Shown one piece after another: positions 28,821-41,090 of a stretch of DNA of 64,000 nt. Each line of letters opens with the position of its first letter. Positions within the stretch are counted from its first letter, which is position 1. The DNA comes from the human T2T-CHM13v2.0 reference genome, Homo sapiens: the NCBI RefSeq assembly GCF_009914755.1, contig NC_060925.1. The stretch is one strand, 5' to 3'. The notes below the pieces were generated by a model. The model was not told the origin of the DNA. It ran no database searches and saw nothing but the letters and a program-made list of their open reading frames with translations. The position numbers and the translations under genes were made by a program.

Positions 28821-30329
28821 GAGAAAATGTTGGTTGAGAATATTTAAAACTAATGAGAGACTTCAAACCACAGGTTCAAGGAGTACCACAAACCCCAAGT
28901 GGGATAAAAGGAAAGCCATGTTTATGCACATAATAATAAATTATAAAAAACTAAGGACAAGGAAAAAGCAGTCAGAGAAAAGGGACATAATACTTCCAAG
29001 AGAACAGTAAAACCGATAGACGACTTCTCAACATGAACAAATTGAATCCAAAAAAAATTTGGTATTAAATCTTCAGAGAGCTAAAAACAAAAATCTGACA
29101 ATTTAGAAATGTATACACTGTGAAATTATCCTTCTATAATGAGAGATGAATAAAGCCATTTTCAGGCAAACAATAATTGAATTTGTCAGTAAAGTAATCC
29201 TACTAAACGAAATACTAAAAGGAGTTCTTCAAGCAAAAGAAAAATAATCCCAGAAGGAAAATGAAGACCCAAAAAGAAAAGAGCAATAAAAAATTAAATA
29301 AATGGGTACATGTAAATAATCACTGACAGTAAAAAACAACAATGTTTGATGGGATTTGTGATACATGGATGGTGGGTAGATAGACTGATTGATTGATTGA
29401 ATGATTGATTGACTTAAAATAAATGTCAAACATAGCACAAAAGTTGGGAAGGGATAAAGACAGTAAAAGAGTTCCACAGTCCTTGCATTATCCATGAAGT
29501 GGTAAAAGTACTAACTTATACTAGAATGTAACACATGTAAGGATATATGTTATAATACCTAGGGTAACTACTAAAATATATAGCTAACAAGCTGAGAGGA
29601 AAAAATAATTTATAATAAACAATCAAAATATATGCATGTATCTGAACAAAAAGCTCCTACAATACTGTAAGAACAAAGCAGGCAATCCAGCAGGAAACAA
29701 GAGGCTCAAAGAACTGAACAGGCACTACACAAAAGAAGATGCCCACTTGGTTAATAAACTTACAAATACGTGCTCAACTTCATTAGATACTAGTAAAATG
29801 CTAATTAAAATCATAATTATGAGATACCATTATTTATGCAAACAACAGAAAAAAGTAAAGAGACTGACAAAATCAAGTGTTGATGAAGATTTGAAGAAAA
29901 TGGAAAGTAGAACCTGCATACACTGTGGAAGCATAAACTGGTAAAACTAATTTTCAAAACTATTTGGCAGTATTTTACTAAAGTTGAACATGCCTTATAG
30001 CCTAGCAATTTCACTCTTAGGTATATATGCAACGGAAGGTATATATTTGAACCTGAAAGCATGTATCAGAAAAGTCATAGCAACACTGTCTATAATAGCT
30101 AAAAATGGCACCAATCCTTGGCACTACACTGAATAAATTGTGCTATACTCATACCACAGAATACTATACAGTAATAAAAATGAATGAAGTATTGCTATAC
30201 ACAACCCCACACATGAACCTTCCAAACATAATCATAATCATAAGTGAATAAAGCCATGCACACTGGAATATGTGTGGTATGATTCCATTATGTAATGTTT
30301 TTTAAAAAGACAGGTGGACAGAGGCGAAG

Positions 30330-30704
30330 TGTGACACGTATACACCATGGAATACTATGCAGCCATAAAAAAGATGAGTTCATGTCCTTTGTAGGGACAT
30401 GGATGAAGCTGGAAACTATCATTCTGAGCAAACTATCTCAAGGACAGAAAACCAAACACTGCATGTTCTTACTCATAGGTGGGAATTGAACAATGAGAAC
30501 ACTTGGACACAGGGTGGGGAACATCACACACCAGGGCCTGTCATGGGGTAGCGGGAGAGGGGAGATACAGCATTAGGAGATATACCTAATGTAAATGATG
30601 AGTTAATAGGTGCAGCACACCAACATAGCACATGTATACATATGTAACAAACCTGCATGTTGTGCACATGTACCCTAGAACTTAAAGTATAATAATAATA
30701 ATAA
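30330..30704 (+). mobile_element. 5'-truncated L1PA (PA4-6-like) 3' end
   Basis: ORF2 end ([33 protein letters not shown]) plus 3'UTR; TSD AAAAAGACAGG (30304-30314, 30705-30715). Confidence 0.95.
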
Positions 30705-32409
30705 AAAAAGACAGGCAAAACTATTGTGTTAGAGGCTGTAATAGGAGTTACATTTGAGGAAGAGGAGGGGGTCTGTGTTTAGGAGAGGGTATGATGACAA
30801 CTTCTGGGATACTGGTAGCTGGAAGGTAGTGGTGGCCATACTGACTATGTTCAGTTTATGATACTGTGTACATGATTTGTGCATTTTATGTATATTACTT
30901 TAAACAGCAAAAATAAATGAAAATTAAAATTTTGTAAACATATTTACCAAGATCTTTGAAAAGATTCATTTCCTTTTACCCAGTAATTTCACTTTTAGTA
31001 ATTTATCCTGAGGAAATAATGGTAATGAAATATATTCCATGTTATGAATATAGGTCTTCCTCTATTTTGTACACTAATTTTGTTTCCAATGATGTTTCTA
31101 TTATAATGCTATGGTAAAGATCTTAGATTAACTAGTAATTTTTTTCTTAACTTAAAATGATCTTCATAAAACAAATTACCATTGAAATGTTTATAAAGAG
31201 TTTATAATATAATAGTCATTACATAAAATAGATAAAAGCAGAGAATTAAATTACAGAGTGAATATGATCACAGCTATGTATTTCTTAAAAAGTTGAAGAA
31301 AAAGGATTGCAAGGAAATATGCCAAAGTGCCATCAGTGATTATGATTGTCTTTGTTTAATGAAATTATAGGTATTTTTTTCTCTGTTTTTTATTTTATTA
31401 CCTGTTTTATAATAAATACATATATATTATTTTATAATGGTAAAAATGTAAAATCCCATATCATTAAAATGGAAAACTGTTATTTGTAAAGGAACCCATT
31501 CAAATTCCTACCCAGGCAATGCCTCTTCTTCTTCCCCAGGGGCACTGACTTTGAGCTAGACTTACAGCACTCACTACTGTGCCTCATACATCAAAGCACA
31601 CACATGTTGCTTTGATTTTCATGTTTTAGAACTCAGCTAAAATACAGTGGCAGGGCCCATTGTAACCTCTAGTCCGTCCTCTCTCCAATTCTCCCCACTA
31701 GGGAAATCTTTCCAAGCCAATTTCAGGGCCTGTGTTTCATGGCAAGTAATTTTAAAGCAGGGCAGTGTTTGAACATTTACACACAAACAACTCATTAGGT
31801 GGCAGAATTTGTTGGAAAGAAAACAGTATGTCATCCAAACCATAAAGTGACTACTGAGCCCAGTTCTCTCCCATGCCTCTATTAGTTCCTGGCATAAGCC
31901 AAGATGCTTCAGACACGAATTCATTTTCCTCACCCTCTAAGTACTGGCTAGCACACTACTTTTGCAGAACCTAGCTTTGGGGGGACTTTTAAACTTTTAT
32001 GCATTTCAAAACTTTTATCTTAATTAAAGCTTGGAGGTAGAGAGTACCATGTACATAACCACAGAAAATATTCATTTCTTATTGGCAGGAAACCTGAGAA
32101 ACACCATTTCAGAACCTTTTTTTTTTTCAAAGAATTTCCACGGAAAACGCAGATTTATCTCTTCCAACCATATATGTGTTTGGTTCCTCATGAGTCATTT
32201 TATTCATTCATTCCACAAACAATTTTTCTGTACCAGTGTTGTGTAAAACACTGCCAGGTACTGGATATAAAGAAAAAAAGAAATTTCCCCTGTACTCAAT
32301 GAGCTCAGAGTCTGGGGCAGAGAACAGGTAAGTCAGCATATTCTCAAGTCAGTGGGGACAGGGATATGATGGAGATCAACAGAGTTCAAGGAACTCCCAG
32401 GAGGGGTGC

Positions 32410-33039
32410 TGGATTAGTTTTCCATGGCTGTGTAACAAATTACCACCAACTTGCAGCTTAAGACAACATACTCTTACTAGCTCATTATTTCCATGGGTCA
32501 GCAGTCCAAGCACAGCTCCCATAGGGCCTCTGCTCCAAGTCAAACAAGGCTTCTTCTATGTATTAGCCAGGCTATATTCTTTTCTGGAGCTCGGGTCCTC
32601 TTCCAAGCTCATATGGATGTTAGCAGACTTCACTTCCTTGTGGTTGCCCTTTTCTTGCGGGCTGACAATCTAGAACCATTCTTAGCTCATAGAGGCCCTC
32701 ATAGATCCCTGCCATGTAGCCCTACCCAGACCTTCTCAAAATATGGCAGCTCACTTCTTAAAGCTAGTAGGAGAATCTTTCTGAATTCTAGACCCTCTTT
32801 TAAGGGTTCACCTGATCAAGTGAGGCCCACCTAGGATAATCTCCCTTTTGATTAATTCAAAGTCAACTTAATTACATCTGTGAAATCTCTTCATCTTTTC
32901 CATGTAATGTAACCTAGCCATATGGGTAATATCCCATCACATTCACCCACACTTGAAGAGAGGGGATAATATGAAGTGTGAGGCACGTAAACCAGAGGGC
33001 AGAAATCTTGGGGGCTATATTAGAAATCTGCTTACTACA
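32410..33039 (-). mobile_element. MLT1E-like MaLR LTR
   Basis: TAACAAATTACCAC...GGTTCACCTGATCAAGTGAGGCCCACCTAGGATAATCTCCCTTTTGATT...AGAAATCTGCTTACTACA. Confidence 0.8.
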
Positions 33040-33306
33040 GGCCAGGCACGGTGGCTCACGCACTTTGGGAGGCCGAGGAGGGCAGATCACGAGGTCAGGA
33101 GATCGAGACCATCCTGGCCAACACGGTGAAACCCAGTCTCTACTAAAAATATAAAAAATTAGCCGGGCATGGCAGCAGGTACCTGTAGTCCCAGCTACTC
33201 AGGAGGCTGAGGCAGGAGAATGGCATGAGCCTGGGAGGCAGAGCTTGCAGTATGCCGAGATTGCACCACGGCACTCCAGCCTGGGCAAAAGAGTAAGACT
33301 CTGTCT

Positions 33307-33346
<40 letters not shown>
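33040..33346 (+). mobile_element. AluY-like, with a 13-bp deletion near the 5' end
   Basis: GATCACGAGGTCAGGAGATCGAGACCATCC, GGAGAATGGCATGA, GAGCTTGCAG; TSD AGAAATCTGCTTACTACA. Confidence 0.95.
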
Positions 33347-33351
<5 letters not shown>

Positions 33352-33369
33352 TCTGCTTACTACAGGCAT

Positions 33370-34480
33370 CTACCCCAAAATGGAACTTTCAGTGGCTTCA
33401 AAGATGACACCAGAACAAGTATTGAAGATAAGTAGAAAGGGCTGTGGAGGGGAAAACTGTTCTAACTAAAGTTATCAGTAAGTACAAAGTCCCCAAATGA
33501 GAAATATGATAAGTTTAAGGAAATGGTCAGTTGTTTGCATTTCTGACTTTAGTGGTGATAGATGAAGTGTCACTCCACAGACAGAAGAGCAGTGTGACCA
33601 ATGACAGGTAACCTCAGAGCTTCGATTTATTTACCTATAAAGACATTCAAGTTATATAGTCAGCACATGTTTATTGAATGGTAATATGTGCCAGGCATTG
33701 TGCTAGGCTTTTATGACTATGTGATTGTGCTCATTTCCCCTACTAGTTATGAACTCCATGAAGGTAAAGATCACATCTGGTTTGCTCACCATTTTATCCC
33801 TAAAGCCTAGCACAATGCCTGGCCCATATTACCATTCAATAAACGTGCTGACTACATAACTTGAATCCCTTTATAGGTAAAGAAATTGAAGCTCTGAGGT
33901 TACCTGTCAATTTATCTTTGGATAAATTGAGTTTGTCTGCAGAGGCCCCATGGAGAAATGGCCAGAGGGCTGTAGAAGGTATGAGTCTGTACCTCAGATA
34001 GAGAAAGATTGGGACAAAAAGTACAGATTTGGAGCTATCAGTACAGAATCAGTAATCATGTCCTTGTAATGGATGAGATTAGCCAGCAGATGTGTGTAGA
34101 GAGGAAGCCCAAAGACTAGGACCTCAGACTAGTACTATTCAACAGGTGCACAGAGGAAGATAAGGCTTTGAGGAAGCTTGGAAAGGAGCAGCTAGTGGTG
34201 TAGAAAGGAAGTATGCTACCCCAGAAGCCAAGAGGTGAATGGGGCCTCAAGGAGGTAGACCCTTTCAAAAGCTGCCCAAATGTTAAGATAAAGACCAAAC
34301 GGCAGTCTATTTATCAACCATAAGATCCTTGGTTATTTTGGGGATGGCTGCTTACACTGAAAGGAAGGGGGAAAACAGATTTCAGTGGGCTGAAGAACAG
34401 CTAAGCCGTGGGAAATGGTGCAAGTATAGATGGTTCTTTCAAGCAGCCCCATAGGAAGGAAAGGAGTGAGGTAGGGCAAT
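33370..34480 (-). mobile_element. L2 remnant interrupted by the templated insertion at 33591-33909
   Basis: TTTGGATAAATTGAGTTTG, GATTTGGAGCTATCAG, GGATGAGATTAGCCAG and CAGAAGCCAAGAGG antisense L2 motifs. Confidence 0.7.
33591..33909. repeat. Inverted copy (33591-33711) followed by direct copy (33708-33909) of segment 34776-34995
   Basis: Direct read: 33708-33909 matches 34776-34984; the reverse complement of 33591-33711 matches 34870-34995. Confidence 0.96.
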
Positions 34481-34689
34481 GCAGTGTAGGGTTTGGTTAA
34501 GATAACAGAAGTGAGCATAACTTCAGAGGATGCCATAATTCTGTCATGTGTGTGGAACTGCAGCAATATGTCATAGCTGGAACAGACTATACAAGTCATC
34601 TAGAGCATACTCATAGTACACGGTAGTTAAATTCTCTTTCTTTAGAAAAGACCCACCTCTCATGGGTCTCATAGGCCAGATCTGGATCC

Positions 34690-34995
34690 TTCTTTGACAT
34701 ACTTTAATAACATCTGCACTACCTTCCCTTCAGGGCACTCATGCTGGCATTTTCCACTTATCAGCATTTATTGTACTTTTATGACTATGTGATTGTGCTC
34801 ATTTCCCCTACTAGTTATGAACTCCATGAAGGTAGAGATCACATCTGGTTTGCTCAACATTTTATCTCTAAAGCCTAGCACAATGCCTGGCACATATTAC
34901 CATTCAATAAACATGTGCTGACTACATAACTTGAATCCCTTTATAGGCAAAGAAATTGAAGCTCTGAGGTTAAGTTACCTGTCATTGGTCACACT
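34690..34995. mobile_element. L2 3' end (+) followed by a MIR core fragment; likely donor of the duplication
   Basis: GCCTAGCACAATGCCTGGCACATA...TCAATAAACAT (L2 end); GAAATTGAAGCTCTGAGGTTAAGTTACCTG...GGTCACAC (MIR core). Confidence 0.75.
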
Positions 34996-35194
34996 ATCAG
35001 AGGCAGGTTGCAGTAAAGTGTACATGTTCACCTCCACTCTTTTTGAAAGAATGATCACCTCCTACTCACAGTACCATTAAATTTCCTCTGAATAAGCATC
35101 AAATACATATAAACACAATCTTCCAGAAGTAGTAGCTCAAGGCTGTTAACAACTAACCACCAGCATGCTCTGATTCCACAACCCCTCTTTTTAA

Positions 35195-35450
35195 AATTAC
35201 CATCTATTGAGTACTCACTCTGTGTTAAGCACAAAAAAAGCTAAGGACTTCATGTCCATTTTCTCATTTGATTTTCATAACAATTGCCCACATTGGTTGA
35301 TATTATTCCAATTCTACAAAGAGTATAACTAAGGCTAAGAAAAGTTAAGTAACTTGCCAAAGCATTAAATGTCAGGGCCAAGATATAAATGCAGGTCTGT
35401 CAGATCCCAGAACCCATGACCTTATCCCCTACGCTCTGCTACTCCACCGA
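35195..35450 (-). mobile_element. MIR
   Basis: CCATCTATTGAGTACTCACT...AAGGCTAAGAAAAGTTAAGTAACTTGCC. Confidence 0.7.
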
Positions 35451-36309
35451 CTATGCTCTTCCCAAAATTGTCAACAACTCCATAATTCTATTCCTATCCA
35501 AACACACACTTCCATTGGGAAAATACATTCAGTGTTCAGGGAAACTGATGAGCCCTTTCAAGGCACTATTAGTTGCTATGAAATAAAAGTATAAAAAGAA
35601 AAAGCTATCAGTAAAGCAAATCATAGAATTTAAATGAGTTTAGTGTTAACTCATTTCAGTAGTATAGGCCCCAGGGTCAAGAATATTTTATAAATATATT
35701 TTTAGATATGAAAAGATGTATATACATATATGTACATATGTATTATAAACAGATTGTCAGTAGTACTCTTGGTAATAACAAAGGAATATAAGTAGAAGAT
35801 TTGGCTTCTCTAGATTAATAATTTTAAGTCTTACCTGTTATATATTTCCTTCTCTTTCCAAAAGAGAAACTACATTTATTCTACTGGTTCTTCATCTTTT
35901 CTAAGCAAACTTGTAGCAATTTTGAATATCTTGTATGGTGAGAAACAGAAGAAAACTGTCTAGACAAAAATCTTTATCTTTGACATTGATGTGAAAGTCA
36001 AACATCTTGACTTCATGGATTAAACTGTCTGTCACTAAGAAAATGTAACTGAGACTTTGGCAGAAGCATTGTTCAAAGAGTTGGGAAATAAGGTTTCTGG
36101 TTCCTTCCCTACAACCACCAGTCAGCAGCTTGGTGAAGTTAGCAAGATCATTTAACCTCTACAAATCTAGTTCTATATCTGTCCAGTGAAGCTATGAACA
36201 TGAGATCCCTCCTCCTTTGGCTTCTGTAACTATAATGCAAAAGTGGCTAAAACATACATTGCTGCCAGATAGGAGGGATCTTGTTAATTCCACCTGAAAG
36301 AAAATCCCC

Positions 36310-36820
36310 CTGATCTATCTCCAGCTCCAACATTGTATTTCTAGATGCCAACTAGACACCTCCACCTAGAATTGCTTCAGGTTCTGCAACTCAACATGTT
36401 TAAAACTGAACTCATCATCCTTCCATCAGAAAGAGAAAAAAATAAAACTATACTGCATCTTGTATTCCCTCTTTCTAGTAAAGACATTTTTGTCAATCCA
36501 GCCTATCAAGCTAGAAATCTAAGAATACTTTTGACAGCTACTGTTTCCTCAACCACTCTCACTTCATTGGTCGCCACATACTGTTGATCCCACACTCCAG
36601 TGGTGCCTCTAATTCAGCATGTCTTCTCCAATTCCACGTCCACTTCCTTAGTGCAGCCATCATCATCTGAAACCTAAACAATTACAATGACCTTCTTGCC
36701 TCTAACGTCCCCAACTGCGAATCATTCTCTATGATGGAGTTATCAAAAAAAAAAAAAAAAACCTTATTGGACCATTCCCAGCAGGTTATAAACTTTTGTT
36801 GACTCTAAATTACCTATCAG
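36310..36820 (+). mobile_element. L2 remnant
   Basis: ACCTCCACCTAGA...CAACTCAACATGTTTAAAACTGAACTCATCATC. Confidence 0.7.
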
Positions 36821-36821
36821 A

Positions 36822-37308
36822 CCTTTTCATATATGTTGGCCATTTTTATGTCTTCTTTGGAGAAATACCTATTCAGGTCCTTTGCCCATTTTTTAATCAT
36901 GTTATTTGTTTTTCTGCTATTGAGTTTTAAAAATCCTTTACAAATTTTGGATATTAACCGCTTATCAAATATGTGGTTTGTAATTTTTTTTCATAATCTA
37001 AGGTGGAGCATGGGAGAAATGGGGAGATGTAGGTCAAAGGATATAAAGTAGCAGATACATAAGATAATACACAAGATAAGTCAATATCTAATGTACAGCA
37101 TGAGCACTAGAGTTAACAAATTGTATTGCATTAGGGAATTTTGTTAACTAAGTAGATTTTAGCTGTTCTTGTCACAAAAAAAGTAACTATGTGAGATGAC
37201 AGATATACTAATCTGCTTCACTATAGTAAACATTTTACTATCTATATGTATTCCATCACACCATATTGTAAACCTCAAATATACAAAATAAGATGTATTT
37301 TAAAAATA
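36822..37308 (+). mobile_element. L1MA-like insertion: antisense ORF2 piece (36822-36998) fused to a sense 3'UTR (36999-37308)
   Basis: TTGGCCATTTTTATGTCTTCTTTGGAGAAAT (antisense L1), then GGGGAGATGTAGGTCAAAGGATATAAAGTAGCAG...GTAACTATGTGAGATG (L1MA 3' end). Confidence 0.8.
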
Positions 37309-37369
37309 ACTTATTTACAGCATAAAGGCAAATTCCTTAGCTTGGAATTCAGACAACTAACAATGATGA

Positions 37370-38570
37370 CCCAATAATCAGGAGCCCAGGTTCTTTCAGA
37401 TTTCTACTTTACTATTCTTTGTGTATCCTCTCATGGCTTAATTTCTCTCATTCTCACAATATGGCACATGTACATCTAGCTATGCAAAACAACAACATCT
37501 AGCAGGTCAAGAGGGACTATTTTTAGATGGGCTTCTTAAATTGAAGAAACTCCCAGAAGTCAACCTTGTTTCATGTCTCATTGGCCATGCCTATGAATAA
37601 GTCAAGCTCTTATAAGGACCAATATCTAGATGGGCTTAAACCAATCAGGAACTTTCCTTGGGAGGGGTTTGGGACTTCTTCTTCAGTGACCCCTTGTGGT
37701 ATAATAAAAAATATATATTCGGTCTTGTCTTTATTTCCTGGCACAGAACTCCTAAAACCCTTGAAATTCCCTGAGTGATAAGAGTGTCTTGTCACTTATA
37801 ACGAGCCCCTTTTGACCACATGTGAGTTCATGCTAATGAGGTGACTCTTGGTGGCGACTCCTAGATAACAGGAGTCTGGTAACTGGTCACCAGAAAACCA
37901 ATCATGTGATTAGAGGATTAGAACTATCAGCCCTACCCACCAACTTTTTGGAGAGAACAGGGGCTGGAAATTGAGTTCAATCACCAATGGCCAATGACTT
38001 AATCAATCATGCTGACATAATAAATCTTCAATAAAATATCTGAAATAATGAGACTAAGGGAGCTTTTGAGTCAGTGAACACATCAAGGTGCTGGGAGGAT
38101 GGTGCACCTGGAAAGGGCATGGAAGCTCTATGCTCCTCCCTACATACCTTGCCCTATGCATCTCTTCCATTTGGCTGTAGCTGAGTTTCACCATTTATAA
38201 TAAACCGATAATCATAAGTAAACCACTGTCCTGTGTTCTGTGAGTTGTTCTAGCCAATTATTAAACCCAAGAAGGAGATTGTGAGAACTCCCAAATTTGT
38301 AGTCAGATGAGAAGAAGGGCGGGTGGCCTTGGTACTCCATTTATGACTGGTGTCTAAAGCAGTGACAGTCTTACGGGACTGGATCCTTAACCTGTGGGAT
38401 CTGCACTAACTCTAGGTAGTTAGTGTCAGAGCTGAGTTGAATTGTTAGACACCCAGTTGGTGTCTGGAGAATTGGTTGGGGTCAGAAAACACCACACATC
38501 CTTGAACGCAATTGAGGTTCTACTATGGGGGAAAGAAGGTGAATATTTTTGGAGCAGGCACACAACAGTA
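37370..38570. mobile_element. Old MLT1 (J/K/L-like) LTR split by MER21
   Basis: CCCAGAAGTC...TCATGTCTCATTGGCCA...GGCTTAAACCAATCAGG; resumes after 38498. Confidence 0.55.
37695..38498 (+). mobile_element. MER21(B/C)-like LTR
   Basis: TGTGGTATAAT...CTCCTAAAACCCTTG...GAGTTCAATCACCAATGGCCAATGA...GACACCCAGTTGGTGTC...CCACACA. Confidence 0.85.
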
Positions 38571-39199
38571 TCTGCTATACTACCAAAAGTTTGATCCTCC
38601 AGGTCTCCACTGATCCGCAACTGAGAAAGTATAAACTGTCACCACATTTTTTAATGACAATACCAAGGAGAGGGTAAAAAATTTGCATATTATAATTTTT
38701 TCATCATCGAGGGACTAAAAATCTCTATTACTCCCTATCCATCCAAAGGCTAAACCTTGACCAAAAGAAAACAGTTTAACACTACACCTAAAACCACTGG
38801 TTATTGCCACCTGGGTGATTTCCTACTAAAAGTGATACTACATTTTGACCATCTGCAAGGGTTTTTCTTATATTGCATTATGAACGTATATTCATTAAAA
38901 CATTGAGATGCCTTTATGAGTTTCTCAGAGCTTTGCTGTTTTAGTAATTAGATAAATTTAAGTGAATTATCCACTTTTAAAAAATCTAGTCATAGTTACT
39001 GGAAAAACCTGAGAGACGCCATTTTCATAACAAGAAAATCCCATCTCTTTACTTGGTCATTCAGCCACATCACCTTGCTCTGCTTGAGATTCACTTAACC
39101 AAATCTCCTTTATAAATTCCTTGTCCCCATGTCATTGGCTTGATGTCTATGATGCACTTGACCCTGTTCTTTTTAGTGCACTCAGTAGCTCAAATTCAC

Positions 39200-39430
39200 T
39201 GAGCATTTGCCCTGAGCTATAAGTGCCTTATTGTGAACCTACCTCATTTAATCCTCACAACAACCCCATAAAATAGATGCTATTTTTGTTCCTCCTTTAC
39301 AGATGAAAAAAACTGAAGTTTAAAGGGTAACTTGTCCAAGATCACAAGGTTGTGCTATTTTAAAAACAAAAATAAAGAAGGTGGAATTAGGATTTACAAT
39401 TAGGGGCATGTGACATATGACTCTACTCAG
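39200..39430 (-). mobile_element. MIR
   Basis: CTCATTTAATCCTCACAACAACCCC...TTTACAGATGAAAAAAACTGAAG...AAGATCACA. Confidence 0.75.
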
Positions 39431-40156
39431 TATGTTGCCTCATAATGGCATGCTGTCTGAATACCAATTCCTTTCTGTCTCACAGTGCTGATTCTGGGGA
39501 TCAGCTTATCCACAATATAAGATAAGCAGACTATGCAAATATTTTTGAGTTTGTAGTTAGGTCTGAGAGGTATGATTCAGCTTACAAAGTATCTGAATCC
39601 ACGTGATGTTGAATGTGATGGAATAAAGCTGTGCTGTACTTTAGAATGTATGGGAATTGTGTAAGTAAACTATTTAAAAAAACTTGGGGCCAAAAGGAAA
39701 TGTAATGACAATCTATAGCTTCTGTCTCAAAAGTAGCAAACACATGAGTGATACATGTATACCCTTAAAGATGATTACTCAGTTTTTGTTTAAATTATAA
39801 TCAGTGGTTGACAGCACCCTCCAGCTCTATGAACATTTGTTCTACCTACTAAACAAGGGCATGACAAGAACAGTGTCTATCTACTGTTAGACAGCACTAG
39901 TTGTTCCTTTATAATTTCTCCCCTTCAACCTGGAGTCTGTAGACCACAATTGAACCAGGGAAATCCCAGAGCAAGCTCTCCCTTCAAGATCTTCAGTTCC
40001 AATGATCTCATTCCCATTCCAAACAACCACAGGTGGAATCATGTCTTTAATTTATACCTTCATTGACTTCACAAATCTCAAGCACTTAGAAACAACAACT
40101 GCAATCATCCACTTGCTCTTAAAGTATCTTTGCACAGGGGGAATGACCCCCCAGCC

Positions 40157-40274
40157 CCCGGCCCCACTCCCATAATCATGTTTGATAATCAATCATTTCA
40201 ACTTTAGTTAAGCTCCCTGGCCCCACTCCCATAATCATGTTTAATAATCAATCATTTCAACTTTAGTTAAGCTC
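40157..40274. repeat. Tandem duplication, 2 x 59 bp
   Basis: Units 40157-40215 and 40216-40274 differ at 2 positions. Confidence 0.96.
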
Positions 40275-40526
40275 TGTCCCATTCCCCACATGAACTATTC
40301 CTAAGCATCTTTTGTAGCCTTAGGCTTCCACATACCCTTTGCCTCCCTCACTCTCTGGAAAAGGAATATGCTGCCTCAGCTTCTCACTCTCTCTACCTTA
40401 AAATAACTCTATAACTTCACTTACCCTTCCCTCCCTCTTCAAAGGAAGAAGTGCCTTTCTCCATCCTATTTCAACCATTTATTTATATCTTTAGTCCCAC
40501 TTCCTCCAATCGCCTTCAGAACCTCG

Positions 40527-41090
<564 letters not shown>

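Larger units (their letters stand above)
27840..30930 (+). mobile_element. Ancient L1ME/HAL1-like remnant (ORF1-like region and 3' end)
   Basis: ORF1-like GACTTCTCAACA...GAAATACTAAAAGGAGTTCTTCAAGCAAAAG; ORF2-end and 3'UTR motifs at 29640-30930. Confidence 0.65.
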
